A DNA stretch of 64,000 nucleotides from Dehalococcoidia bacterium. Its GTDB lineage: Bacteria > Chloroflexota > Dehalococcoidia > Lucifugimonadales > G965248475. The DNA lies in assembly GCA_965248475.1 (NCBI GenBank), contig OZ252106.1, positions 1,455,640 to 1,519,639 of the forward strand, in the 5' to 3' direction. A model generated the notes under the pieces. It was not told the DNA's origin. It did no database searches and was given only the letters and a program-made list of their open reading frames with translations. Made by a program: the position numbers and the translations under genes. This document shows, piece by piece, positions 20,057 through 28,359 of this stretch; position 1 is the stretch's first letter, and each line of letters begins with the position of its first letter.

Positions 20057-20092
20057 CCAGAAAGGCTAGCACCCCCAGAAAGGCTAGCACCC
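20057..20092. repeat. perfect tandem duplication, 2 x 18 bp (CCAGAAAGGCTAGCACCC)
   Basis: Read directly: copies at 20057-20074 and 20075-20092. Each contains the palindrome GCTAGC. It lies between the DUF1028 start and the selenoprotein promoter. Confidence 0.9.
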
Positions 20093-20138
20093 AATGTTTC
20101 CCTGCCTCAAGTGCCCAATCAATGTACGTTTTGAGCGG

Positions 20139-20167
20139 TGGACAGGATACGCCTCTTACCATATACT
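20139..20167 (+). promoter_or_regulatory. candidate promoter for the SelW-like gene
   Basis: TGGACA-17 nt-TATACT, about 55 nt upstream of ATG 20222. Confidence 0.35.
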
Positions 20168-20221
20168 ATCAGGCAGAGTAGATTGGGGTCGGTGTTGCGA
20201 AATATTAAGGAGGTGATGCCT

Positions 20222-20503
20222 ATGTTAGATAACTCAGGCAAAATGCAGATGGAGATTCGATACTGCCTCAGCTGAGGCTACCTCCCTCAGGCGGCGTGGA
20301 TCGCCGCTGAAGTCTGGTCCGAGTTCAAGAAGGACGTTGGCATCGCCATAATCCCCACTGACGACGGACGGCTTGAGATCCTGCTGGATGGTGAGATGCT
20401 GTTCGACCGCAAAGCGGAAGGCGGCGCCTACCCCTCCCTGGAAAAGGTCAGGGAGCTCAAGAAGACGGTGAGGACGCAGTTGGAGCGGGTTGCCGTAGCC
20501 TAG
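20222..20503 (+). CDS. SelW-like (Rdx family) selenoprotein, UGA-Sec at codon 18
   Basis: AAGGAGG (20207-20213) plus ATG 20222. Translation: MLDNSGKMQMEIRYCLS-[TGA 20273-20275]-GYLPQAAWIAAEVWSEFKKDVGIAIIPTDDGRLEILLDGEMLFDRKAEGGAYPSLEKVRELKKTVRTQLERVAVA-stop. YCLSUGY matches the SelW YCGAUGY redox motif. A hairpin and a terminator follow. Confidence 0.85.
20288..20310 (+). promoter_or_regulatory. putative bacterial SECIS hairpin
   Basis: GCGGCG-TGGAT-CGCCGC (20291-20307) starts 16 nt after the UGA. There are G residues in the apical loop. Confidence 0.6.
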
Positions 20504-20538
20504 CTAGCCTGGCTGACAGTAAAAGATCCTGAAGCATA

Positions 20539-20576
20539 AGAGGAGGCCTGGGAAACCAGGCCTCCTCTCTTTTTAC
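20539..20576 (+). terminator. rho-independent terminator of the SelW-like gene
   Basis: AGAGGAGGCCTGG-GAAA-CCAGGCCTCCTCT followed by CTTTTTAC. Confidence 0.75.
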
Positions 20577-20697
20577 TCTTTTTGCCGCTCTTGATCCTGA
20601 CTGGCCCGGACACCCACTCTCTCTACTGCTGGCGAAGGCTGCGACCTAAGCCACAATTGGAGATATGGGTGCAGGACACGCCCTACCAGGGGAAGAC

Positions 20698-21447
20698 CTA
20701 TCTGAACATATCCCGGTCAGGCGCCCGTATTAGGTCCCGCACCTTCCCGTCGGAGGGCGTGTAGGCATATCCCCGAGCAACCGCCGCAGGAACCATGTCC
20801 ACCTTGCCCATCACCAACTCAGCCGCCGACGCCAGCTCATCGACCACAGCGATGGCTGAGGCGTGAAGCTCCATCCCGAAAGGGTCCACAGTGCCACGAT
20901 AGTCACGCAGGGCGGCCATTCCCGCGGCACCAATGGCTATGTTGGTCAGACCTTCGCGCCATGGCCTGCCCCAGGAGTCGGTGATGATGACAGCCACCCG
21001 GATACCCGATGTCTGGAGAACAGCGTCTCGTATCCTGGCAGCGGAGCCGTCTGGGTCGTCAGGCAGCAGCACCACCATTCCGTCACCTGGAACGTTTGAG
21101 GCGTCCACACCGGCGTTGATGCAGTAGAAGCCGTGACGCGTCTCCGTGACAAGAACACCCCTGTCCATCCGGGAGATACGCTTGCTTTCTCTCATCGCCA
21201 CCTCCACCAGCCGCGGGTCGCGCTCGTAGTCCATGGCCCACTGCTCCGCCAGAGCGGAGGGTGTGACGGTGGCCAGGTCCAGCAGCTTACCCTCCTCCTT
21301 GGATACCACCTTCTGAGTGACAATCAGGATGTCGTCCTGTTGAAGTGGTGTGCCCTGGGCCTGGGCGGCCTGGAGTATAAGTGCGGTCAGGTCCATACCC
21401 GTGGCTATCTCCGGCACCCCCTCTATTCCAAACACTCTTATCTCCAT
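20698..21447 (-). CDS. cofE: coenzyme F420-0:L-glutamate ligase
   Basis: MEIRVFGIEGVPEI.., INAGVDASNV and ITDSWGRPWREG are typical CofE/FbiB-N sequences. Start taken at the internal Met; the ORF track extends to 21537. Confidence 0.88.
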   Translation of the reverse strand: MEIRVFGIEGVPEIATGMDLTALILQAAQAQGTPLQQDDILIVTQKVVSKEEGKLLDLATVTPSALAEQWAMDYERDPRLVEVAMRESKRISRMDRGVLVTETRHGFYCINAGVDASNVPGDGMVVLLPDDPDGSAARIRDAVLQTSGIRVAVIITDSWGRPWREGLTNIAIGAAGMAALRDYRGTVDPFGMELHASAIAVVDELASAAELVMGKVDMVPAAVARGYAYTPSDGKVRDLIRAPDRDMFR

Positions 21448-21486
21448 GTTGGTCTCGCTTCCGATGCAGGGTAGGGCTATTATAGC

Positions 21487-21538
21487 TCGCTCATCCCGAC
21501 TAGTCGGGATGAGCGAAGTGCCGACTCGGTCGAGCACT
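21487..21538. repeat. 30-nt perfect palindrome plus adjacent hairpin in the cofE/citE-like divergent region
   Basis: TCGCTCATCCCGAC-TA-GTCGGGATGAGCGA at 21487-21516. AGTGCCGAC-TCG-GTCGAGCACT (one bulge) at 21517-21538. Confidence 0.85.
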
Positions 21539-21754
21539 CGCGATGGAATCGGAGCATCATCGGACCTTAAGCCCCCGGCAGGAAATCAAGGTTCCTTACA
21601 ATCTTCCTGGGATTCATCTAGTAGTTCCTGCACAAAGCGACACCAGCTACAAGAACAGCGGCCCGTTTCCTCCTGTCTGAAAGGTGGTACGTGCTATACT
21701 TGCCAGCGCTCCGATGTTCAGTAGAACAGCGCCAATCCGCCCGGGAGGATTCCA

Positions 21755-22633
21755 ATGGACATGTTCCGAAGCCTGATGTTTGTCCCAGGCAACCGCGAGG
21801 AGATGCTCACCAAGGCCGGCGGCCTGCCCGCTGACGTGCTGGTCCCGGACCTTGAGGACTCCGTGCCTGACGGCGAGAAGGAGAACGCCAGGGAGATAGT
21901 ACGCGAGGTGGTGAAGACCCTGGCCCAGAACGGGCGGACGGTCATACCGCGCATCAATGCCCTGGACACCGGCCTAGCCAGGGATGACCTGGCGGTGGTG
22001 GTCGGCCCGAACGTGTACGGAATAACGGTTGGGAAGGTGCAGTCGGCGTGGGATATAGAGCAGGTCTCAGCCATCCTGGACGGCCTTGAGCAGCAAGCCG
22101 GCATTGAGGTTGGACACACACGGCTCATACCCTGGCTTGAGAGCGCCATGGCCATAGTGAACGCCTACCAGATAGCCAGCGCATCGCCCCGGATCGTAGG
22201 GGTAGCCATAGGCGCCGAAGATTTCACCAACGACATGTCGGTGCAGCGTTCTGACGATGGAGACGAAGTGCGCTACGCCCGTTCAGTGGTGGCAGTAGCA
22301 GCACGTGCCGCGGGTGTCCTGGCGATAGACACCCCCTACGTCAACTTCCGGGACGTGGAGGGTCTTGAGCGAGAGGTTCGCTCTGCGCTGCCCCTAGGCT
22401 TCAAGGCCAAATTCGCGATTCATCCCGGCCAGCTGGAAACGATCAACACACTGTTCAGCCCATCCGAGGAGGAGTTGGAGTACGCCCGGCAAGTGGTCGC
22501 TGCCTTTAGTGAGGCGGAGGCCGAAGGCCGCGGCAGCACCTCCCTGGACGGCAAGATGATAGACATTCCGGTGGTGAAGCGGGCCCGCAACCTACTGGCA
22601 CTGGCGGAGGCTATGACCAAGTCCGCCAGCTAG
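21755..22633 (+). CDS. HpcH/HpaI aldolase / citrate-lyase beta (CitE)-like, (malyl/citramalyl)-CoA lyase family
   Basis: 292 aa with FRSLMFVPGNREEML.. and ..VLVPDLEDSV, the typical CitE-like N-terminus. Confidence 0.85.
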   Translation: MDMFRSLMFVPGNREEMLTKAGGLPADVLVPDLEDSVPDGEKENAREIVREVVKTLAQNGRTVIPRINALDTGLARDDLAVVVGPNVYGITVGKVQSAWDIEQVSAILDGLEQQAGIEVGHTRLIPWLESAMAIVNAYQIASASPRIVGVAIGAEDFTNDMSVQRSDDGDEVRYARSVVAVAARAAGVLAIDTPYVNFRDVEGLEREVRSALPLGFKAKFAIHPGQLETINTLFSPSEEELEYARQVVAAFSEAEAEGRGSTSLDGKMIDIPVVKRARNLLALAEAMTKSAS

Positions 22634-22704
22634 GAGTGCCGGGAGCAGCTGCCACGTTTGGATTCCACGTTCCTTATATATATTGAGAGGCAATCCCGCA
22701 ACCG

Positions 22705-23163
22705 GTGTGGTTAGTGCCCGGTCGCACGGTGTTCCGATCCGAATATAACCCCATCCGCAAAGCGTACGGTTTGAGCAGCAGCGACAACGGCCCGCCACAC
22801 GACTCCATCACGCTGGAAGGCATGACCTTCTACGCCTACCACGGCGTCAACCCGGAGGAGAAAGAGCTGGGCCAGAGGTTTGTGGTGGACCTGACGATGG
22901 AGGCGGACCTGTCTGCCCCAGGCCGCTCGGACGAACTGTCTGACACGATCAACTACTCAGAGGTCTACGGGATGGTGAAAGCCGTTACGGAGGGAGAAAC
23001 GTATAACCTGCTAGAAGCGGTGGCAGAAGCCATCGCCCAGCGTGTACTAGCCTCCTTCCCCGTTGCAACCGTTCGGGCGAGAGTGACCAAGCCAGCGCCC
23101 CCCATCAGAGGCGCAGTGCTAGATGGAGTGTCAGTGGAGGTCTACAGGGAGCGTCAGCGGTAA
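22705..23163 (+). CDS. folB: dihydroneopterin aldolase
   Basis: ITLEGMTFYAYHGVNPEEKELGQRFVVDL...INYSEVY is typical FolB. The true start is probably downstream (TTG about 22771). Confidence 0.85.
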   Translation: MWLVPGRTVFRSEYNPIRKAYGLSSSDNGPPHDSITLEGMTFYAYHGVNPEEKELGQRFVVDLTMEADLSAPGRSDELSDTINYSEVYGMVKAVTEGETYNLLEAVAEAIAQRVLASFPVATVRARVTKPAPPIRGAVLDGVSVEVYRERQR

Positions 23164-23177
23164 CACCGTTCCAAGCA

Positions 23178-24077
23178 GTGATATCAATAACTTTGAAGAG
23201 GCTACTTCCAAATCTGATCCTCTTGGCCGCCCTGGTGCCGGCGGCATGCGCCGGTCCAACTCCGACTCCCACGCCTACCAGCGAGACCACGGTACTAACG
23301 CTGCGACCAGTCCTGGGCTCCACCGACCTGAGCATAGGCAGCAACCGGCTGGTGCTGGCGCTGCTGGACTCCAGGTCAGCACCGATACGGGCAACCGTGG
23401 CGGATCTGACGCTGGCCTTCGAGCAGGGGGACGCGACAGTCTTCCAGGACAGCGTGGATGCAATGTTCCGGCCATGGCCTACGGGATCGGGCGGTGTATT
23501 CATCGCCCAGATCGAGTTCGACCGCGCGGGCACGTGGCTGGCAGAGATCTCTCCACTGGACGGCGAGTTCGCCGGTGAGAAGGCACGACTGGTGTTCACT
23601 GTGGCGGAACAGAGCGCCACACCCGGCCTGGGCACATCCGCCCCCGCCAACGACACACGCACCGCCAGCAACGCGGCGACCCTGGAAGAGATCACCAGCG
23701 ACCTGGACCCTGACCCGGACCTGTACGCCATCTCCGTTGCCGACGCCGTACAGTCAGGGCTGCCGCTGGTGGTCAGCTTCGCCACGCCCGCCTTCTGCTC
23801 CAGCGCCACCTGCGGGCCGCAACTGGACGTTATAAAGCAGATCAAGGACTCCTACAGAGGTGAGGCCAACTTCATCCATATTGAGATATACGCCAACCCC
23901 AAGGAGATGCAGGGCAATCCCGACACAGCAGAGATATCGCCCACAGTAGCCGAGTGGGGCCTCCCTACCGAGCCGTACACATTCGTAATAGATGCGCAGG
24001 GCCGTGTGTCGGCCAAGTTCGAGGCGTTTGTCTCCTACCCTGAGTTGGTAGAGGCGCTGGTGCCGTTACTGGAGTGA
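23178..24077 (+). CDS. secreted lipoprotein with C-terminal thioredoxin-like (redoxin) domain
   Basis: Signal peptide with lipobox (LVPAAC), a Pro/Thr linker, and C-terminal PLVVSFATPAFCSSATCGPQL (redoxin-like Cys pair). Confidence 0.6.
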   Translation: MISITLKRLLPNLILLAALVPAACAGPTPTPTPTSETTVLTLRPVLGSTDLSIGSNRLVLALLDSRSAPIRATVADLTLAFEQGDATVFQDSVDAMFRPWPTGSGGVFIAQIEFDRAGTWLAEISPLDGEFAGEKARLVFTVAEQSATPGLGTSAPANDTRTASNAATLEEITSDLDPDPDLYAISVADAVQSGLPLVVSFATPAFCSSATCGPQLDVIKQIKDSYRGEANFIHIEIYANPKEMQGNPDTAEISPTVAEWGLPTEPYTFVIDAQGRVSAKFEAFVSYPELVEALVPLLE

Positions 24078-24083
24078 TGGCAG

Positions 24084-24401
24084 TCAGTCGGTAACCAGGA
24101 CTGCGATGAACAGCCCGTCACGCTCCCGGAAACGTACCGTCACCGCCTGGCCCTGCATCATGTGCTCGCGGATATGAGAGGGCGTGAATCCTACCGGCCG
24201 ATCAGCCTGGAACGTCCACACCTTCCCGGATCCCTCCTCCTCAATGGTGAAGGCTGCCACCTCCGAAATGGAGCGGGCCTCTGCCTCGACGACAACGCCA
24301 CGAACCGTCCTCTCTCCCCCTCCGCACGCCACAGTCAGAACGGCCGCCGCCGCGAGCAGAATGAACGTTATATTAATAGACGATACCTTTGACACCAGCA
24401 T
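24084..24401 (-). CDS. small lipoprotein, hypothetical
   Basis: An internal Met gives a signal peptide with lipobox LTVAC. No family recognised. Confidence 0.45.
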   Translation of the reverse strand: MLVSKVSSINITFILLAAAAVLTVACGGGERTVRGVVVEAEARSISEVAAFTIEEEGSGKVWTFQADRPVGFTPSHIREHMMQGQAVTVRFRERDGLFIAVLVTD

Positions 24402-24600
24402 GTCCTGCTTAACCCACATGCGCAAATGTGACTCTACTCCGTGAGAGCAGCAACGATTATATGACATGTCAGACAGGAGCACATGGGGCACATCACAGAA
24501 CCAGCGTGAGACACCGTTTTATCCGGCCACCAGAGCGTTGAACTACATCTACGAGGTCGGTATCATGGAGCGCACTGCGTCCATGTAAGGCAACGCCGCC

Positions 24601-24610
24601 GGGGGGGGGG
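24601..24610. repeat. G10 homopolymer immediately upstream of the ATPase RBS/start
   Basis: Read directly: GGGGGGGGGG-TAAGG-ATG(24616). Confidence 0.95.
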
Positions 24611-24615
24611 TAAGG

Positions 24616-26019
24616 ATGACCGCAACCAAACGACCCAGCAACATAAGGGAGCTTCGAGCTAGTGGCTACCAGGTAGTGCCCATCAGGGAAGAGATGAGAC
24701 AGAACCTGGTGAAGAAGCTGCGGGCCAAGGAAACGCTGTTCCCGGGCATCGTAGGCTTTGAGGACACCGTACTCCCCCAGTTGCAGAACTCCGTCCTGGC
24801 CGGCCAGGACATCATTTTGCTGGGCGAACGCGGCCAAGCCAAATCTCGGCTGATCCGCGCCCTGACCACCCTGCTGGACGATGAGGTCCCGGTCATCGCT
24901 GATTGCGAGATCAACGATAACCCCTTCGACCCCATCTGCAAGGCCTGCCGCGACAGGTGCGACGAACTGGGCGACAAGGTAGAGATCACATGGATGCCCA
25001 GGGAACATAGGTACGCTGAGAAGCTGGCCACGCCGGACATATCCATCTCCGACCTCATCGGCGAGGTGGACCCCATACGTGTGGCTGAAGGCCGCTACCT
25101 GGGCGACGAGATGACCATACATTTCGGCATGATTCCCCGGACCAACCGGGGCATCTTCGCAATCAACGAGCTGCCTGACCTGGCGGAGCGCATCCAGGTG
25201 GGCCTGTTCAACCTGATGGAGGAGCGGGACATCCAGATCAAGGGGTACAAGGTCAACCTGCCCCTGGATATCTTCGTAGTGGCCACCGCCAACCCGGAGG
25301 ACTACACCAACCGAGGTCGCATCATTACTCCCCTCAAGGATAGGTACGGAGCGCACATACGCACCCACTACCCACAGTCCATTGAGGAGGAGATCAGCAT
25401 CGTCGAGCAGGAACGGAGCCGCTTTGGCAATATAGACAAGATGGTAACGGTGCCCCAGTACATGAAGGAGATCATCACGGAGATCACCTCCCTTGCCCGC
25501 AGGAGTCCGGACATCAATCAGCGCTCCGGGGTAAGCGTGCGCGTCTCCATCGCAAATTACGAGACCGCGATGAGCAACTCGCTGAGAAGGGCTATCGTCC
25601 AGGGGGAGAAGGCGTGCGCCCCAAGGATCAGCGACCTGGGCGCAATAGTGTCCTCCACCACAGGCAAGATAGAGGTGGACAGCATTGAGGAGGGACGCGA
25701 TCCCAAACTCATAGAAGAGCTCACGAAGAAGGCCGTGTCCAACGTATTCGGCAGATACTTCAACGTGCACGACTTCGAGCCGCTGATAGCCCAGTTCGAC
25801 GAGGGTCTGGTGATAGACACAGGTAGCGACGTATCGTCCAAATCATACGTATCCAATGTCAAGAAGATGGAAGGTTTGGCCGAGGCACTGAAACGGCTGA
25901 ACTCTTCCAGCCCGGCGGAAAATGTGGCGGCGGGAACGGAGTTCATCCTAGAGGGGCTGCATCTCAACCGTCGCCTCAACCGGGACAAGGTCGAGGGCCG
26001 CTTCCGTTATCGGAGCTAA
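24616..26019 (+). CDS. AAA+ ATPase, Mg-chelatase ChlI/MoxR-like
   Basis: 467 aa with Walker A LLGERGQAKS, Walker B-like IFAINELPDL, and ATANPEDYTNRGRIITPLKDR. Followed by a vWA-domain gene. Confidence 0.85.
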   Translation: MTATKRPSNIRELRASGYQVVPIREEMRQNLVKKLRAKETLFPGIVGFEDTVLPQLQNSVLAGQDIILLGERGQAKSRLIRALTTLLDDEVPVIADCEINDNPFDPICKACRDRCDELGDKVEITWMPREHRYAEKLATPDISISDLIGEVDPIRVAEGRYLGDEMTIHFGMIPRTNRGIFAINELPDLAERIQVGLFNLMEERDIQIKGYKVNLPLDIFVVATANPEDYTNRGRIITPLKDRYGAHIRTHYPQSIEEEISIVEQERSRFGNIDKMVTVPQYMKEIITEITSLARRSPDINQRSGVSVRVSIANYETAMSNSLRRAIVQGEKACAPRISDLGAIVSSTTGKIEVDSIEEGRDPKLIEELTKKAVSNVFGRYFNVHDFEPLIAQFDEGLVIDTGSDVSSKSYVSNVKKMEGLAEALKRLNSSSPAENVAAGTEFILEGLHLNRRLNRDKVEGRFRYRS

Positions 26020-26172
26020 CGCTCTGCCCTGCAACCATCTCTATCCTTCCTGCAACGGGGCCACGCCAGAAGCGCGGATGAACCCCGAGGGCACACCCGA
26101 CGGTCAGACCACAGAGGGTTGCCCAGGGGAGAACAACCGCCAGGCGCACCGGCCTAGGAATACGGAACCAGT

Positions 26173-28221
26173 ATGACCAGCTACCGGTACTCCCGCTGGG
26201 ACGGCAGCCAGGACCCCTTCCAATTCCACGAGGACGACATCATGGAGCAGCTGTCCGACCAGCTGCTATACCACGGCGATGTCGCATCGGCGCTTCGGTC
26301 TATGATCCAGCGTGGTGCCACCAGGCGGGATGGACGGCAACTCGCAGGTATCCAGGACATGCGCCAACGGCTACGCGCACTGCGGCAGCAGACGCTGGAC
26401 CGGTACGGCCTCAACTCAGTTGCTGATGACATCGGGCAGCAGCTTCAGGACATTATAGATACGGAGCGAATGGGCATTAGCCAACGCCTGCAGGAGACCG
26501 CTTCCCGCCTGGAATCAGCCGACGCCGGGGAGCTATCCCAGGAGACGGGTCGTGAGCTGCTGCGGATGCTGGAGCAGCGGGCTGAACGCAACCGGGAGTT
26601 GCTGGACCAGCTCCCACCTGATGCCGCAGGCCGTATCCGGGAACTCAGCGACTACGACTTCATGGACGCAGATGCCAGAGCCCGGTTCGATGAGTTGATC
26701 AAGTCCCTGCAGCAACGGATGTTGGACTCTCACGCCCAAGACCTGTCGCAGCAGTTGCAGGATATGGGTCCCGCCGGCCGCCAGGGCCTGCCCAAGGGCT
26801 TGAAAGACATGCTGAGCGACCTGAGCGACCTGCTTGAGCAGCGGCTTCAAGGAGAACCCACCGACTTCGTCGCCTTTCGAGATAGGTATGGCAATCTCTT
26901 CGGGCCGGAGCCGCTCAAGGACATGGATGACCTGCTTCAACGGATGCAGCAGCAGAGGGCACAGATGCACAACCTGCTGCGCAACATGTCACCAGGCCAG
27001 CGCCAAGAACTCCAGCAACTTCTGGACGCGGCTCTGCAGGACCCGGCCCTCCAAGAGGAGATGAGGCGGCTAACCGACAACCTTCAGGCACTCTCCATAA
27101 TGGACTCCGTGGAGCGCGACTACCTCTTCCAGGGCGATTACCCGCTAACGCTGGAGGAGGCCATGGACGTGATGAAGGGTTTGGAAGGATGGAGGAGCTG
27201 GAGAGGCAGTTCCGGCGTACCCAACGAGAGGGCGTCAGCCCGGAGATAGATTCCGACCTGGTCAAGGACCTGCTGGGCGAGGAGGCCTACAACCAGCTTG
27301 AGCAGCTGAAGAGGCTGGGAGATATGCTGGAGGAGGCGGGGTACATCCGGAAGATGGGAAGCCGTTACGAACTCACGCCAAGGGGAATGCGTAAGATCGG
27401 CCAGAAGGCGCTTGAGGAGATATTCGCCCTCATACGGAAGGACAGGTCTGGCTCACACGACATCCGCCAGACTGGTGTCGGGGGGCGAACCCCAGCGGGA
27501 CGACACCAAATCGTATGAGTTCGGCGACCCGTTCCATCCAGACCTACAGAAGACACTGATGAACGCGCTCCAGCGGGGAGGAGGCGTACCCATCAGAATG
27601 AAGGCAGGGGACTTCGAGATGTACCGGCGGGACCAGGAGTCCCAGGCATCCTCCGTCTTGATGGTGGACATGAGCCTGTCCATGGCCATGCGAGGCAACT
27701 TCCTGGCGGCCAAAAAGGTAGCTCTTGCCCTGGACAACCTCATACGGACCCAGTTCCCCAGGGACTCCCTCTACATTGTGGGGTTTTCCACCTATGCACG
27801 GGAGATTACACCGGACAACTTGGCCTACCTCAGCTGGGATGAGTTCGATCCGTACACCAACATACAGGACGGCCTGGCGCTGGCCCGGAAACTGCTAGCG
27901 CGGTGTCCCAGCGGCAGCACCCGCCAGATCATCATGGTGTCTGACGGTGAGCCTACGGCCCACGTGGAGTCCGGACAGCTGTTCCTCCAGTACCCGCCCA
28001 GTCCGCAGACCATCCAGGAAACGCTGCTTGAGGTAAAACGGTGCACCCACATGGGCATCACAATCAACACATTCCTGCTGGACAGGAGTGCCCGACTTTT
28101 GGGCTTTATGGACCAGGTGACGCGAATCAACCGGGGCCGGGTTTTCCACACCAGTCCTGAGCGTCTGGGCCGGTACCTGCTGGTGGACTACTTCTCCAGC
28201 CGCCGCCGCGTTGTGGGGTAG
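26173..28221 (+). pseudogene. vWA-domain protein (COG4867-like partner of the ATPase) with two compensating frameshifts (or assembly indels)
   Basis: Three ORFs (26173-27249, 27189-27518, 27412-28221) read as one protein. Junction 1 is at 27187-27188 (..MKGLEG|MEELERQ..). Junction 2 is at the G6 run 27480-27485 (..TGVGG|EPQRDDTKSYEF..). The C-terminal vWA/MIDAS region is VLMVDMSLSM. Total length is 2049 nt, 683 codons. Confidence 0.8.
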
Positions 28222-28359
28222 CAGGGCGTGTCCTGGCCAACCTGCCCAAATAGTCGCGGATAGACTTTAGATGCAGGGGGTTACCCTGCACCTAAAGCCT
28301 TCCTAATTCATCCTGCCCCTGGCCTCATCCTAGCCACTGGATGGGAACCCGGACCACGC

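Noticed and set aside
24493-25770. 425-aa ORF on the minus strand
   Set aside because: It is entirely antisense to the well-supported AAA+ ATPase gene. Its sequence is unrecognisable and rich in Leu, Gly, Asp and His, typical of a shadow ORF in GC-rich DNA.
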